From Minisyncoccota bacterium (GTDB taxonomy: Bacteria; Patescibacteriota; Minisyncoccia; Phycocordibacterales; UBA1006): DNA of 64,000 bases. The notes beneath the pieces are model-generated. The model was given only the letters and a program-made list of their open reading frames with translations, was not told where the DNA came from and searched no databases. The stretch lies in NCBI GenBank assembly GCA_022763365.1, contig JALEGN010000017.1, forward strand, positions 96 to 64,095, written 5' to 3'. The position numbers were made by a program, and so were the translations under genes. Below, in pieces: positions 37,011-47,668 of the stretch (position 1 is its first letter; each line of letters begins with the position of its first letter).

Positions 37011-37643
37011 ATGGCATTAATAAATCATTTAAAATGGCGTTATGCTACAAAACAATTTGATTCATCAAAAAAACTTGATGAAGAAAATATTACAGAATTA
37101 TTAAAGGGAATGAATTTAGCACCCTCATCAATGGGATTGCAACCATTTGAATTTATTGTTGTTCAAAATGAAGAATTACGAAAACAGTTGCGTGAACACT
37201 CCTATAATCAGCCTCAAATAACTGATGCATCACACTTGATGGTGATTGCAGCTAAAACAACTATTTCTAAAAAATACGTTGAGGATTTTATATCACGTAC
37301 TGCCCAATTGCGTGGGGTGTCAATTGAGAGCCTTCAAGGTTATCAAGATATGATTATGGGATTCCTTGATGGAAAAACTGATGATGAGATTTTTACTTGG
37401 AATCAAAAACAGTGTTATATCGTTTTAGGTATCCTCTTGTCACTATGTGCTGAAATGAAAATTGATGCTTGTCCTATGGAAGGATTTATCCCTGAAAAAT
37501 ATAATGAAATCCTTGAATTGCATGAAGATAATCTTCATGCAACGGTAATTGTAGCTTTAGGCTATAGATCAGAGAATGATGATTATGCAGATCTAGAAAA
37601 AACACGTCATCATCTAGATGAAATAACTTCATTGCGATATTAA
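37011..37643 (+). CDS. Nitroreductase-family protein.
   Basis: HLKWRYATKQF N-terminal signature. Confidence 0.6.
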   Translation: MALINHLKWRYATKQFDSSKKLDEENITELLKGMNLAPSSMGLQPFEFIVVQNEELRKQLREHSYNQPQITDASHLMVIAAKTTISKKYVEDFISRTAQLRGVSIESLQGYQDMIMGFLDGKTDDEIFTWNQKQCYIVLGILLSLCAEMKIDACPMEGFIPEKYNEILELHEDNLHATVIVALGYRSENDDYADLEKTRHHLDEITSLRY

Positions 37644-37752
37644 GCCCTTTAAGGGTTTTTATTTGATTCAATTTCTTTTTTATAAATTTTTTAATATTAG
37701 TTATTATCAAATAAAACTTGATTCTTTGATACTATTCTTGTACAAAGATACT

Positions 37753-38301
37753 ATGTCATTTATTAAAAAACAGTGGTTACCATTATTCATCCTTGCACTT
37801 GTGATTTTATCTTTAGTCCTAAATTATGTTGTTCAGTCAAAAAGCTCAAGCGAAGAAGATGTTCTTACAAATAACGAACAAACATTTTGTTACCTTTATG
37901 AAGGAGTTTCAGATGTTCAAACCCCTGAGGGAGAATTTGAAATCAATCGAGAGTATATTACGATGAGTGTTAACGAACATGGTGTTACAACCGGTCAGCA
38001 CTTAATCTTACCGTATGGAATCGATACTAATCGAGCAAGCTTCTATGGAATTATTATTGATGGTTTCGCGAATGTGGTTGCAACAGCAACCGCAGAAGGT
38101 ATGACTTGGCAAGAACAACGTCTCTATAAAATAACTGATGATAAATTATATGTTGGATATCAAGAAGTATTCATTCCTCAGTATCAACATGAAAATGGTG
38201 TCTATATGTATGAAGATATCAATAATATTAACTTCGAAACAGAAGACTTTTATTTAAATAAGGTAGCTTGCGATTCTGTTGATCAAAACATACTTCTATA
38301 G
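37753..38301 (+). CDS. Hypothetical exported protein.
   Basis: Signal-anchor segment (LPLFILALVILSLVLNY). Confidence 0.35.
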   Translation: MSFIKKQWLPLFILALVILSLVLNYVVQSKSSSEEDVLTNNEQTFCYLYEGVSDVQTPEGEFEINREYITMSVNEHGVTTGQHLILPYGIDTNRASFYGIIIDGFANVVATATAEGMTWQEQRLYKITDDKLYVGYQEVFIPQYQHENGVYMYEDINNINFETEDFYLNKVACDSVDQNILL

Positions 38302-38335
38302 TGTGTTTTTCTTTTGCTCCTTGTATACTAATCTT

Positions 38336-38842
38336 ATGAAGAGTGAAAGAACACTTACCTTATTAGGAATCGGTGGATTAGTACTATTTAATTTCTGGTT
38401 TTTATTTACAGACGCACAGCCATGGATTATTAATTCAATCAATATTCTTTTCCATGAGGCGGGGCATTGGATATTTTTTATTTTTGGACAATTTTTATAT
38501 GTCCTTGGGGGAACCCTTGGAGAGATTCTCATGCCAACTATTTTTATTATTTCATTTTGGATGAAAGATAATATTCCTGGTCAAGCTTTTTCATGGTGGT
38601 GGCTCTCGACCGCTTTTTATAGTGTTAGTATCTACGTATCAGATGCTCGGGCGCAAAGACTTGAACTTATTGGTGGCCCAGGTGGTCATGATTGGTTTTA
38701 TTTATTGGGACAAACTCGCCTCCTTGATTATGATATTTTTATTGGAAGAATTTTTGTATTCCTGTCATTATTAGCAACTTTATATGTTGCTTGGCTAGGA
38801 TATAGATACTGGCAGCTAGGAAAAGGAAAAATTATTTCATAA
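38336..38842 (+). CDS. Integral membrane protein.
   Basis: TATACT lies 6 nt upstream of the ATG at 38336, the leaderless pattern. Multiple TM helices. Confidence 0.4.
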   Translation: MKSERTLTLLGIGGLVLFNFWFLFTDAQPWIINSINILFHEAGHWIFFIFGQFLYVLGGTLGEILMPTIFIISFWMKDNIPGQAFSWWWLSTAFYSVSIYVSDARAQRLELIGGPGGHDWFYLLGQTRLLDYDIFIGRIFVFLSLLATLYVAWLGYRYWQLGKGKIIS

Positions 38843-38881
38843 CAAACCTTAAGGGTTTTTTCTTTTAGTTAAATATGTACA

Positions 38882-40351
38882 ATGACAAGCATGTCACATA
38901 ATGGATCTATACTACGTTTTGAAGACGTAACCTTTAAATATTCAGCGGTACATACTATTTTAGATGAAGTAAATTTCTCCATTCGGCGTGGAGCAAAAAT
39001 TACTTTGATGGGTCAAAATGGTGCGGGAAAATCATCTCTATTTAAAATGATTTTAGGTGAGCTTGAATTAACCGATGGTGATATTCATATTGCTCATAAG
39101 GCAAAAATTGCGATCGCACGGCAAATTATCCCACACGAACAATGGGAAATGACTCTGCGAGAATATTTTCAATCGCAATTTGAAGAAACCGTTTACAATA
39201 TTGATCCACGAATTGATGAGGTACTTGAGATAGTAAATCTCAAAGCCAACAAAGAAAAACATATTTATGATTTCTCAGGTGGTCAGCAAGCACGAATTCT
39301 ATTAGCTTCAGCTTTGATTCAGAATCCAGATATTCTCCTCTTGGATGAGCCAACGAATAATCTTGATACTGATGGTATTGAACACTTAACAGAGTTTTTG
39401 AAAAATTATAATAAGACAGTCATTGTTATTTCCCACGATGCTGAATTTTTGAATGCTTTTTCAACGGGAGTTTTATATCTTGATGTGCGTACACAAAAAA
39501 TGGAACAATATACGGGAAATTATCATGACGTGGTAGAACAAATTGGTGCTCGAGTTATTAAAGAAAAATCTAAAAATGCACGATTGGAAAAATCGATTCA
39601 GGATAAAAAAGATAAGGCAAACTATTTTGCGAAAAAAGGAGGTCGTTTGAGAGCTTTGGCAAAACAAATGCGTGAAGATGTAGCAGATTTTGAGGATAAC
39701 AAGGTTGATGTACGAAAAGAAGATAAGACTATTCGTAATTTCATCATTCCACATCAAAAAGAAATCACCGGAGATTTAATGACGATATCTTCGTATACGC
39801 GAATGAACGCAAAAGGAAAAGAAGAACGACGAGAAACTGATATTCACATTCGAAAAAACCATCACTTGCGTATTATTGGGCCCAATGGAATAGGGAAGAC
39901 AACACTCCTTGAGAAAATGGCGAAAGATAATGATGAGGGAGTTTCAACGCATAGTGAAGTCCGCATTGGATATTATCGTCAAGATTTCAGAGGTCTTGAT
40001 TTTGAAAAAACGGTTTACCAAGAATTAGCTTCAGTTATGCCAATTGTTGATGAGCAAAAATTACGCTCGGTTGCGGCTGGTTTCTTGATTACTTCAGAGC
40101 TAATTAATAACAAAATTGGGACCTTATCTGAAGGTCAAAAAGGTCTTGTTGCTTTTGCTCAATTGGTACTTCTTGAGCCTGGATTACTGGTACTAGATGA
40201 ACCAACTAATCATATTAATTTCAGGCATTTACCAGTTATTGCACAGGCATTACATGATTATGAAGGAGGAATGATTGTGATAAGTCATGACGAGGAGTTT
40301 ATGGAAGACATTAGAATTGATGAAATATTTGATCTTGGAAAGCAAAAATAA
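38882..40351 (+). CDS. ABC-F family ATPase with two ABC cassettes and no TMD.
   Basis: Two Walker A / signature sets (GQNGAGKSS, FSGGQQARI and GPNGIGKTT, LSEGQKGLV). Confidence 0.75.
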   Translation: MTSMSHNGSILRFEDVTFKYSAVHTILDEVNFSIRRGAKITLMGQNGAGKSSLFKMILGELELTDGDIHIAHKAKIAIARQIIPHEQWEMTLREYFQSQFEETVYNIDPRIDEVLEIVNLKANKEKHIYDFSGGQQARILLASALIQNPDILLLDEPTNNLDTDGIEHLTEFLKNYNKTVIVISHDAEFLNAFSTGVLYLDVRTQKMEQYTGNYHDVVEQIGARVIKEKSKNARLEKSIQDKKDKANYFAKKGGRLRALAKQMREDVADFEDNKVDVRKEDKTIRNFIIPHQKEITGDLMTISSYTRMNAKGKEERRETDIHIRKNHHLRIIGPNGIGKTTLLEKMAKDNDEGVSTHSEVRIGYYRQDFRGLDFEKTVYQELASVMPIVDEQKLRSVAAGFLITSELINNKIGTLSEGQKGLVAFAQLVLLEPGLLVLDEPTNHINFRHLPVIAQALHDYEGGMIVISHDEEFMEDIRIDEIFDLGKQK

Positions 40352-40397
40352 TCCTATCGGATTATTTTTTATTGTAATTCATAATTTATGTGTTTTA

Positions 40398-41105
40398 ATG
40401 AATAAGAATCAAACAACTTATTATATGAAAAACTATTTAGAAATTGCAGAGTCGTATAAACCATATTACGATGGGCAAGAAAAATATTATCATAATTTTC
40501 TTCATGCTATATGGACTGTTATTAAGGGTCTTGATGTTATGAAAAGTTTTGGTTTATCTGAGAGGTTAAAAGTCATTTATGCTCATGCAATGAGTCTTCA
40601 TGATGCAGGTCATTCAAACGGTGAATTTGAACATGATATAGATAACGTTAAAAAAGCATTAATAATTTTTGAGCGTTATTGTAAATTACCAAAAGAGTCC
40701 GTTGATTGGAAAATGGCAAGAACTATTATATTGGCGACTGCTGCTCCGTATGAAAAATATCAGAGTCTTGAAGAGATTGTGTATTATTCTGGTGTGCCAG
40801 AAGAGGAATTTACCAATCTTCAATTACTTATAGAAATAGCTCGTGATGTCGATCATATTGGGATTATTGGTATTCAGAACAAGGATAAGCGAAACCAAGC
40901 CCTTGTAGGTTTGATGAGAGAGTTACTCAAAAGACATTCCAAGAAGAACTTAACAGGTTTTATTGAGCAGGGAACTAAACACTTTTTTGACGGCATACAT
41001 TTCTATACCGACTATATGAAAGAGTGGGCAGAAGAAAATTTAGAGGAAGCCAAAAAATGGCAATTAGATTTTTCAAAAGAAGCTATAGAATTAGCTAGTA
41101 AATAA
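40398..41105 (+). CDS. HD-domain-like metal-dependent phosphohydrolase.
   Basis: H…HD pattern (HNFLHAIW … LHDAGH). Confidence 0.35.
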   Translation: MNKNQTTYYMKNYLEIAESYKPYYDGQEKYYHNFLHAIWTVIKGLDVMKSFGLSERLKVIYAHAMSLHDAGHSNGEFEHDIDNVKKALIIFERYCKLPKESVDWKMARTIILATAAPYEKYQSLEEIVYYSGVPEEEFTNLQLLIEIARDVDHIGIIGIQNKDKRNQALVGLMRELLKRHSKKNLTGFIEQGTKHFFDGIHFYTDYMKEWAEENLEEAKKWQLDFSKEAIELASK

Positions 41106-41165
41106 AAGATGAGCTGCAGATGCAGCTCTTTTTGTTTAGAAAATGTGTGGTACATTAGTTTCATT

Positions 41166-42959
41166 ATGGAAATGCGAAATATTGCTATTATTGCCCATGT
41201 TGACCATGGGAAAACAACACTCACCGATGCTATTTTGGAACAAACCGGAATGGTTGAGCGTGGAGTATCAATGGACTCAAATGATCTTGAAAAAGAGCGA
41301 GGGATTACTATTTATGCCAAAAATACTTCAGTTGAATACAAAGGAACGAAAATTAACATCCTCGATACACCAGGTCACGCAGACTTCGGATCAGAGGTAG
41401 AACGGGTTTTGCGTTCTATTGATTCAGTACTATTGATTGTAGATGCAGCCGAAGGGCCAATGCCACAAACAAAGTTTGTATTGAAAAAATCACTTGAGCT
41501 TGGTCTTAAGCCAATTTTAGTTTTGAACAAAATTGATAAACCAGCAGCAGATGTTGAAAAGGCACAAGAAGATGTTTATGAACTTTTCCTTGATCTAGGA
41601 GCTAATGATGAACAATTAGATTTTAAAACAGTCTATGCTATTGGGCGTGATGGTGTTGCAGCATTGTCGATGGATGAAGAAATGAAAGATCTAACGCCAT
41701 TATTGGATTTGGTATTGGGGGAAGTTCCAAATGTTGGAACAGCTGACCGAATCGAAAAGGAATTACAAGGACAGGTCTTTAACTTGGCTTATGATAATTT
41801 CTTAGGACGTATGGGAATTGCTCGAATTTATGAGGGAACTATTAAAAACGGACAAAATATCTTCTTAAAAACAAGCGAAGGAACCATTAAAGGGCGAATT
41901 GCAAAACTCTTCTCATTTAAGGGATTACAACGTATTGAGGTGGATGAAGCTACTGCTGGGGATATTGTGATGATTGCAGGACTTCCTGAAATTTTTATTG
42001 GGCAAACCATATTGCCTGAGGATACTGATAATTTACTTCCAGCCATTTCTGTTGATGAACCAACTATTTCGATGAATATGTTTGTAAATGACTCACCATT
42101 TTCAGGAAAGGTTGGTAAATATTTAACTTCACGACAAATTTTAGATCGTTTAGAAAAAGAACTTGAGGTAAATGTTGGATTAAAAATTGATACTACTGAT
42201 GGCTCAAAATTCAAGGTCTTTGGGCGAGGAGAATTACATATTGCAGTACTTATTGAAAATATGCGCCGAGAAGGTTTTGAGCTAGCGGTATCTCAACCAG
42301 AAGTTATCGTTAAAGAAATTGATGGTCAGAAACACGAGCCTTTTGAAGAAGTTACTATTTTAGTTCCTGAAGAATTCTCAGGTTCAGTTATTGAAAAACT
42401 TGGAAAACGAAAAGGTATCATGAATGATATGCAGGTTGATAATGGCCAAACACGTATGGTGTTTTCTGTTCCAACACGTGGACTTCTTGGATATCGAAAT
42501 GAATTTATTGTTGATACCAAAGGTGAAGGAATTTTGACGACTATTTTTGAAGCTTTTAAACCTCATGCAGGAGATATTCAGAAAACAGAAGTTGGTTCAA
42601 TGGTATCAATGGCAACAGGGAAGGCATTAGGATTCTCACTAGCAAATCTTCAAGAACGTGGAACTTTATATATCGGCCCAGCTGAAGAAGTTTATGAAGG
42701 AATGGTTATTGGGAATACTGTTAAGGGTGCTGACATGGATGTTAATCCAACCAAAGGTAAACAATTAACCAACATGCGTGCCTCTGGATCAGATGAAAAT
42801 ATTAAAATGACTCCGCCTCTTGATCTTTCCCTTGAAATGGCTATGGGATTGATGCGTGAAGATGAATACTTAGAGGTAACACCAGACGCTATTCGATTGC
42901 GAAAACAATATTTGAAAGAATCAGACCGCGCACGTATGCGACGACAAGCAAAAAAATAA
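41166..42959 (+). CDS. typA: Translational GTPase TypA/BipA.
   Basis: MEMRNIAIIAHVDHGKTTLTD, DTPGHADF and NKIDK motifs; ~600 aa. Confidence 0.85.
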   Translation: MEMRNIAIIAHVDHGKTTLTDAILEQTGMVERGVSMDSNDLEKERGITIYAKNTSVEYKGTKINILDTPGHADFGSEVERVLRSIDSVLLIVDAAEGPMPQTKFVLKKSLELGLKPILVLNKIDKPAADVEKAQEDVYELFLDLGANDEQLDFKTVYAIGRDGVAALSMDEEMKDLTPLLDLVLGEVPNVGTADRIEKELQGQVFNLAYDNFLGRMGIARIYEGTIKNGQNIFLKTSEGTIKGRIAKLFSFKGLQRIEVDEATAGDIVMIAGLPEIFIGQTILPEDTDNLLPAISVDEPTISMNMFVNDSPFSGKVGKYLTSRQILDRLEKELEVNVGLKIDTTDGSKFKVFGRGELHIAVLIENMRREGFELAVSQPEVIVKEIDGQKHEPFEEVTILVPEEFSGSVIEKLGKRKGIMNDMQVDNGQTRMVFSVPTRGLLGYRNEFIVDTKGEGILTTIFEAFKPHAGDIQKTEVGSMVSMATGKALGFSLANLQERGTLYIGPAEEVYEGMVIGNTVKGADMDVNPTKGKQLTNMRASGSDENIKMTPPLDLSLEMAMGLMREDEYLEVTPDAIRLRKQYLKESDRARMRRQAKK

Positions 42960-43019
42960 CACCAAATATGGTGTTATTTTTTATTTATGTTTTAATTTAA
43001 ATAAATTAAAAGAATTATT

Positions 43020-43367
43020 ATGCCAAAAGTTAATATTTATTTCAAAGACCTTTTTCAGGAAAAAGATGAAGATATTCTTATTGAATTATTACAAGAATCT
43101 TTATCTGAGGTTCTTAGTTTTCATGAAAAAGTACTTCATAAAAATGACTTCAGTTTTCGTCTGCACCAAATTCAAAGAACACTACATCATGATATTGAGA
43201 TTGAATTATGTGTACATGCCTACAAACAAAGGTTAGAAAAAGACCAGCAGGAAGATTTACTTGCTCAGGCTGTGGTAAAATCTTTGAAAAAATTTCAAGA
43301 TACTCATAAAAATATTTCTTATGATGTTCATATTAATTTAGGGTATATTTCGTATGCTCAATCCTAA
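43020..43367 (+). CDS. Hypothetical protein.
   Basis: ORF only. Confidence 0.3.
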   Translation: MPKVNIYFKDLFQEKDEDILIELLQESLSEVLSFHEKVLHKNDFSFRLHQIQRTLHHDIEIELCVHAYKQRLEKDQQEDLLAQAVVKSLKKFQDTHKNISYDVHINLGYISYAQS

Positions 43368-43439
43368 TATATATTAACCACCAATACCTTAGGTGGTTTT
43401 TTGATTTCAAAATATTCTCGTGTACACTAAAGGTAACTC

Positions 43440-45110
43440 ATGGAGCGTATTATGAAACTCTTTAATAGAGAATTTTCAAAAATTTCCGAGGCAGCTATGG
43501 TCCTTGGTTTTTTTACGTTCATGTCACAAATTTTGGCTATTTTCAGGGATCGATTTTTAGCTGGAAGTATTGGAGCAGGGAGTACCTTGGACGTCTATTA
43601 TGCAGCCTTTAGAATTCCTGATTTATTGTTTACCCTTGGAGCGTCCTTAGTGTCAGTGTCGATTCTTATGCCATTTTTCAAGTCTAAATTGAAAGAATCT
43701 CAAGCAACAGGTAAACAATTTATTCATGAAATATTTACCGTATTTTTTATTTTTATTACTTTTGCGGCATTAATTACCATAATTCTTATGCCGTTTTTGG
43801 CTGAATATCTTTTCCCAGGATTTAATCCGGTTGAAATGAAAGAAGTCATTCTGCTTTCGCGTGTGATGTTGCTCTCTCCCGTTCTCTTAGGAGTTTCAAA
43901 TCTCTTTGCCACCATCACGCAAGCTTTCAAAAAGTTTTTTGTATATGCACTATCACCAGTATTCTATAATCTAGGAATTATTATTGGTATTGTTATTTTC
44001 TACCCAATTTTCGGTATTATTGGTTTGGGGTATGGAGTAATTCTAGGTGCAGCCTTGCATATGGGGATTCAATTACCAGTAGTTCTAAAACAAGGGTTTA
44101 AACCATCTTTTACCCGCTTTATTGATTGGCAACATATTAAAGAAGTAGTTAAGCATTCACTTCCACGTACGATTACTTTATCAATGTCAAAAATTGTTTT
44201 CTTAATTTTTGTATCAATCGCATCAGCTCTTGTTTCAGGAAGTATTTCAGTGTTTTCATTAGCGTACAACCTGCAGTCAGTGCCTTTAGCAATCATTGGA
44301 GTTTCCTATTCGGTAGCTGCCTTTCCAGTATTAGTTGATTACTATAATTCTGATAATCATCGTAAATTTATGACTCATGTTATGGGTCCTGTTAGGCAAA
44401 TTGTATTTTGGTCACTGCCCGTTATTGCTTTATTTGTAATCTTGCGAGCTCAAATTGTACGAGTTATTTTAGGAACAGGAAACTTTGATTGGAGCGATAC
44501 CAGATTAACGGCTGCGGCACTGGCATTGTTTATTATTTCAGTTGTGGCGCAAAGTATTATTCTTCTTCTTATCCGCGCGTACTATGCAGCAGGGAAGACA
44601 TGGAAGCCCTTATGGATTACCCTAGTATCTTCAATTCTGACGATTGTTTTGGGATATATTTTGGTGACAGCGTATAATAGCCTTCCTCTTATGAAAGCAT
44701 TTTTTGAAAGTTTCTTACGGATTAGTAGTGTTCAAGGTTCGAGTGTTATTATGTTGCCACTAGCGTATTCAATTGGAATGTTTATTAATTTGATACTTCT
44801 TTGGCAAGGATTTAAGCGAGATTTCAAAATAGATAAAAATTACGGTGTTAAAAAATCCATGGTTCAATCACTAGCGACATCGACTATCATGGCAATCGTT
44901 GCCTATTATGGACTTAAATTCTTTGATCCTTATTTCAGCCAAGAAACGGTTATTGGTGTCTTTGGGCATGGACTCCTTTCAGGTCTTCTGGCAATTATTA
45001 TAGCGATTATTTTCCTAAGAGCTATCAAGAATGAAGAATTTAGTATTTTTTCTCGAGCAATTAAAAAGAAATTATGGAAAACTAAATTAGATGCACATAG
45101 TGATATGTAG
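43440..45110 (+). CDS. murJ: Lipid II flippase MurJ (MviN family).
   Basis: 14-TM profile and an N-terminal pattern typical of MurJ. Confidence 0.7.
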   Translation: MERIMKLFNREFSKISEAAMVLGFFTFMSQILAIFRDRFLAGSIGAGSTLDVYYAAFRIPDLLFTLGASLVSVSILMPFFKSKLKESQATGKQFIHEIFTVFFIFITFAALITIILMPFLAEYLFPGFNPVEMKEVILLSRVMLLSPVLLGVSNLFATITQAFKKFFVYALSPVFYNLGIIIGIVIFYPIFGIIGLGYGVILGAALHMGIQLPVVLKQGFKPSFTRFIDWQHIKEVVKHSLPRTITLSMSKIVFLIFVSIASALVSGSISVFSLAYNLQSVPLAIIGVSYSVAAFPVLVDYYNSDNHRKFMTHVMGPVRQIVFWSLPVIALFVILRAQIVRVILGTGNFDWSDTRLTAAALALFIISVVAQSIILLLIRAYYAAGKTWKPLWITLVSSILTIVLGYILVTAYNSLPLMKAFFESFLRISSVQGSSVIMLPLAYSIGMFINLILLWQGFKRDFKIDKNYGVKKSMVQSLATSTIMAIVAYYGLKFFDPYFSQETVIGVFGHGLLSGLLAIIIAIIFLRAIKNEEFSIFSRAIKKKLWKTKLDAHSDM

Positions 45111-45216
45111 TATCTTTTTTATTTACAAAATTTAAATAAGTTATTTAATAAAATTTATTGTAATACTTTGAACTTAGTAACGTTATATACTATGAATAAC
45201 TCATTAAATTAACATT

Positions 45217-46968
45217 ATGAAAAAAACAATTACTGTTCTGTCATTTATGTGGCAGGAACTTAAAAAGTACACATGGTATATTATTGCCACCTTTGTCCTC
45301 TATGGTATTTTTGTTGCCATTGGAGATGCACTGGTACCCTTATATATAAAGCGCGTTACCAACGCTCTTGAGGCTGCATCCTATAATAATGCATTTATTG
45401 CCGTTGGGTGGCTTATTGGACTCTACGTTATTCAAAGGGTCTGCCTCTTTGTTTCTATACGTATTCTTTCATACTTTGAATCGTTAACTTCTCGTGATCT
45501 TAATACACGATCTATGAAAAGTTTCTTAAGTCACTCGTATAATTTCTATACACAACGATTTACTGGTTCACTCGTTGAAAAGTCAAAGCGTATAGGAAAC
45601 AGTGTTATTGCTGTTGTTGATATTCTTTTATTTAATTTTTTCGGTTTAATTATCTCGATTGGGAGTATTCTCACCTTGTTATTTATTGAAAACGTAAGTT
45701 TAGGGTTCACGTTTGTTGGATTTCTTATTCTCTATGTTTTAATTGTACGTTGGATGGGCAAAAAAATGTCACCAATTTATGAAGACCGTTCAGCTGCAAA
45801 GACAAAATTTAACGCAGTTATTTCTGATATTTTTACAAATATTCAAACAGTATTAGCTTTTGGTTCGCGTGATAGAGAAATCGAAAAATTTGAAAATTCT
45901 AATGAAAATTTTCATCAAAAACGTTACCGAGCATGGAAAATGGCAGTAAATTACCAAGATGGTATTGGTTTTTTACCACCGCTTTTCACTGGTATGGTTA
46001 CCTTGTATGCAATATATTTGGCATCGGTAGGTTCATTATCGGTTGGATCGGTAGTACTCGTTTTTATTCTTGGAAATAATTTCAGTAATCAAATATGGAG
46101 AATTAATAGATCAGTCAAAGATTTTGTGTCTCATATTTCTGATTGCGTAGAGGCAATAGAATTAATTGAACATCCACAAGAAATAACTGATGAAGATTCC
46201 GCTCGAAGCAATTTTGTACCAAAATCAGGTGAGGTAGTTATGAATAACATATCTTTTACCTATCCTGATGGCGATGCTGTTTTTAAGAATTTCAATCTTC
46301 ATATTCCTGATAAACAATCAGTAGGAATTGTGGGAAAATCTGGTTCTGGAAAAACAACAATTACCAAATTATTGTTACGACTCTACGATACAAATAAAGG
46401 TAGTATCCTTTATGGTGATACCAATATCAAAGAGCTTAAACAAAAAGAGCTGAAGCAAGCCATTGCATACGTTCCGCAAGATACTATTTTGTTCCACAGA
46501 ACCATCTATGAAAATATTGCGTATGGTAATCCTGATGCAAGTAACGATGAAGTATATGCTGCTGCCGAGGCTGCCCATGTTGATGAATTCGTAAAAGAAT
46601 TTACTGACGGTTACCAAACCATGGTTGGCGAGCGAGGTATTAAACTTTCTGGAGGACAAAGACAACGTATTGGTATTGCTAGAGCTATGCTTAAAAAGGA
46701 TGCTCCATTATTAATCATGGACGAAGCAACAAGTTCACTCGATACACTTTCAGAGCAATATATCCAAGATTCTTTTGAGGATTTATCTGAAAACAGAACA
46801 ACTATTGTTATTGCTCACCGACTTTCTACCATTCAAAAAATGGATAGAATTATTGTCCTTGAAAATGGAAAAATCGTTGAAGATGGAAACCATTTTGAAT
46901 TATTGGAAAAGAATGGTTATTACGCAGAGTTGTGGAATTCGCAAAAATCAGAACTTATAATTACATAA
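45217..46968 (+). CDS. ABC exporter with fused TMD and NBD (MsbA/Type I exporter-like).
   Basis: 6 TM helices, then GKSGSGKTT, LSGGQRQRIGIARAM and IMDEATSSLD. Confidence 0.8.
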   Translation: MKKTITVLSFMWQELKKYTWYIIATFVLYGIFVAIGDALVPLYIKRVTNALEAASYNNAFIAVGWLIGLYVIQRVCLFVSIRILSYFESLTSRDLNTRSMKSFLSHSYNFYTQRFTGSLVEKSKRIGNSVIAVVDILLFNFFGLIISIGSILTLLFIENVSLGFTFVGFLILYVLIVRWMGKKMSPIYEDRSAAKTKFNAVISDIFTNIQTVLAFGSRDREIEKFENSNENFHQKRYRAWKMAVNYQDGIGFLPPLFTGMVTLYAIYLASVGSLSVGSVVLVFILGNNFSNQIWRINRSVKDFVSHISDCVEAIELIEHPQEITDEDSARSNFVPKSGEVVMNNISFTYPDGDAVFKNFNLHIPDKQSVGIVGKSGSGKTTITKLLLRLYDTNKGSILYGDTNIKELKQKELKQAIAYVPQDTILFHRTIYENIAYGNPDASNDEVYAAAEAAHVDEFVKEFTDGYQTMVGERGIKLSGGQRQRIGIARAMLKKDAPLLIMDEATSSLDTLSEQYIQDSFEDLSENRTTIVIAHRLSTIQKMDRIIVLENGKIVEDGNHFELLEKNGYYAELWNSQKSELIIT

Positions 46969-46970
46969 AC

Positions 46971-46995
46971 AAAAAGCCTAGGTTAGGCTTTTTTT
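46971..46995. terminator. Bidirectional intrinsic terminator.
   Basis: aaaaagcctaggttaggcttttttt. Confidence 0.7.
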
Positions 46996-47555
46996 AATTG
47001 AATTCCTTTATATAGTTCGTCTTGCCATTTTTTAAGTTCATCCCAATTTCCTTGGTCTGCCATGTTGGCTTGTTGTGGCCACGTTTCAGGATCGTGGAGA
47101 GTAAATTGCTTACCGGCACGCTCGAGCATATGGCTAATGTTTGAGGCTGGTGTAGCCGCCAATTCTCGCCAGGTATAAATTCCTTGATTATTAAGGATTT
47201 CCTCAATTTTAGGCCCAATACCTTCTACGACCTGAAGATCATCTTTGGTAGAGAGAATTTCTTTTCGCATTTGCCGTGCTTGTTCATTTTTTTGAACCTT
47301 ATGAATAACCTGTGGTTGTCGAGGTTGAGGACGAGGTACTGGGGTAACGTTTACAACTTCGGGTACATATTCAACGTAACCATAGTTTTTCTTTAAACGT
47401 CGTCTTCGCGGTAGTTTGTAGTGATGAAAACGCCGCAACCAATATTTATAACCGCGTAGTCCATAAATAACCCATCCGAGGCACATCGCAGCAAAAAGGA
47501 GTACTGCGAGCGAGAGTGGGCTAAGAGTAATAATTGTTTGAGTTAACCATTCCAT
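46983..47555 (-). CDS. Membrane-anchored helix-hairpin-helix motif protein.
   Basis: N-terminal TM segment and an HhH-like VVEGIGPKIEEILNNQGIYTWRELA. Confidence 0.4.
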   Translation of the reverse strand: MEWLTQTIITLSPLSLAVLLFAAMCLGWVIYGLRGYKYWLRRFHHYKLPRRRRLKKNYGYVEYVPEVVNVTPVPRPQPRQPQVIHKVQKNEQARQMRKEILSTKDDLQVVEGIGPKIEEILNNQGIYTWRELAATPASNISHMLERAGKQFTLHDPETWPQQANMADQGNWDELKKWQDELYKGIQLKKA

Positions 47556-47668
47556 AATATTTTTAATATACTGATTTAAATACTTTTGTAAAGTATTTTG
47601 GAACGAAATATGTTAAAATAGTTATTATATTCCTTTATACTTTTTGTTCTTTTGCTAGAATATGGTCC

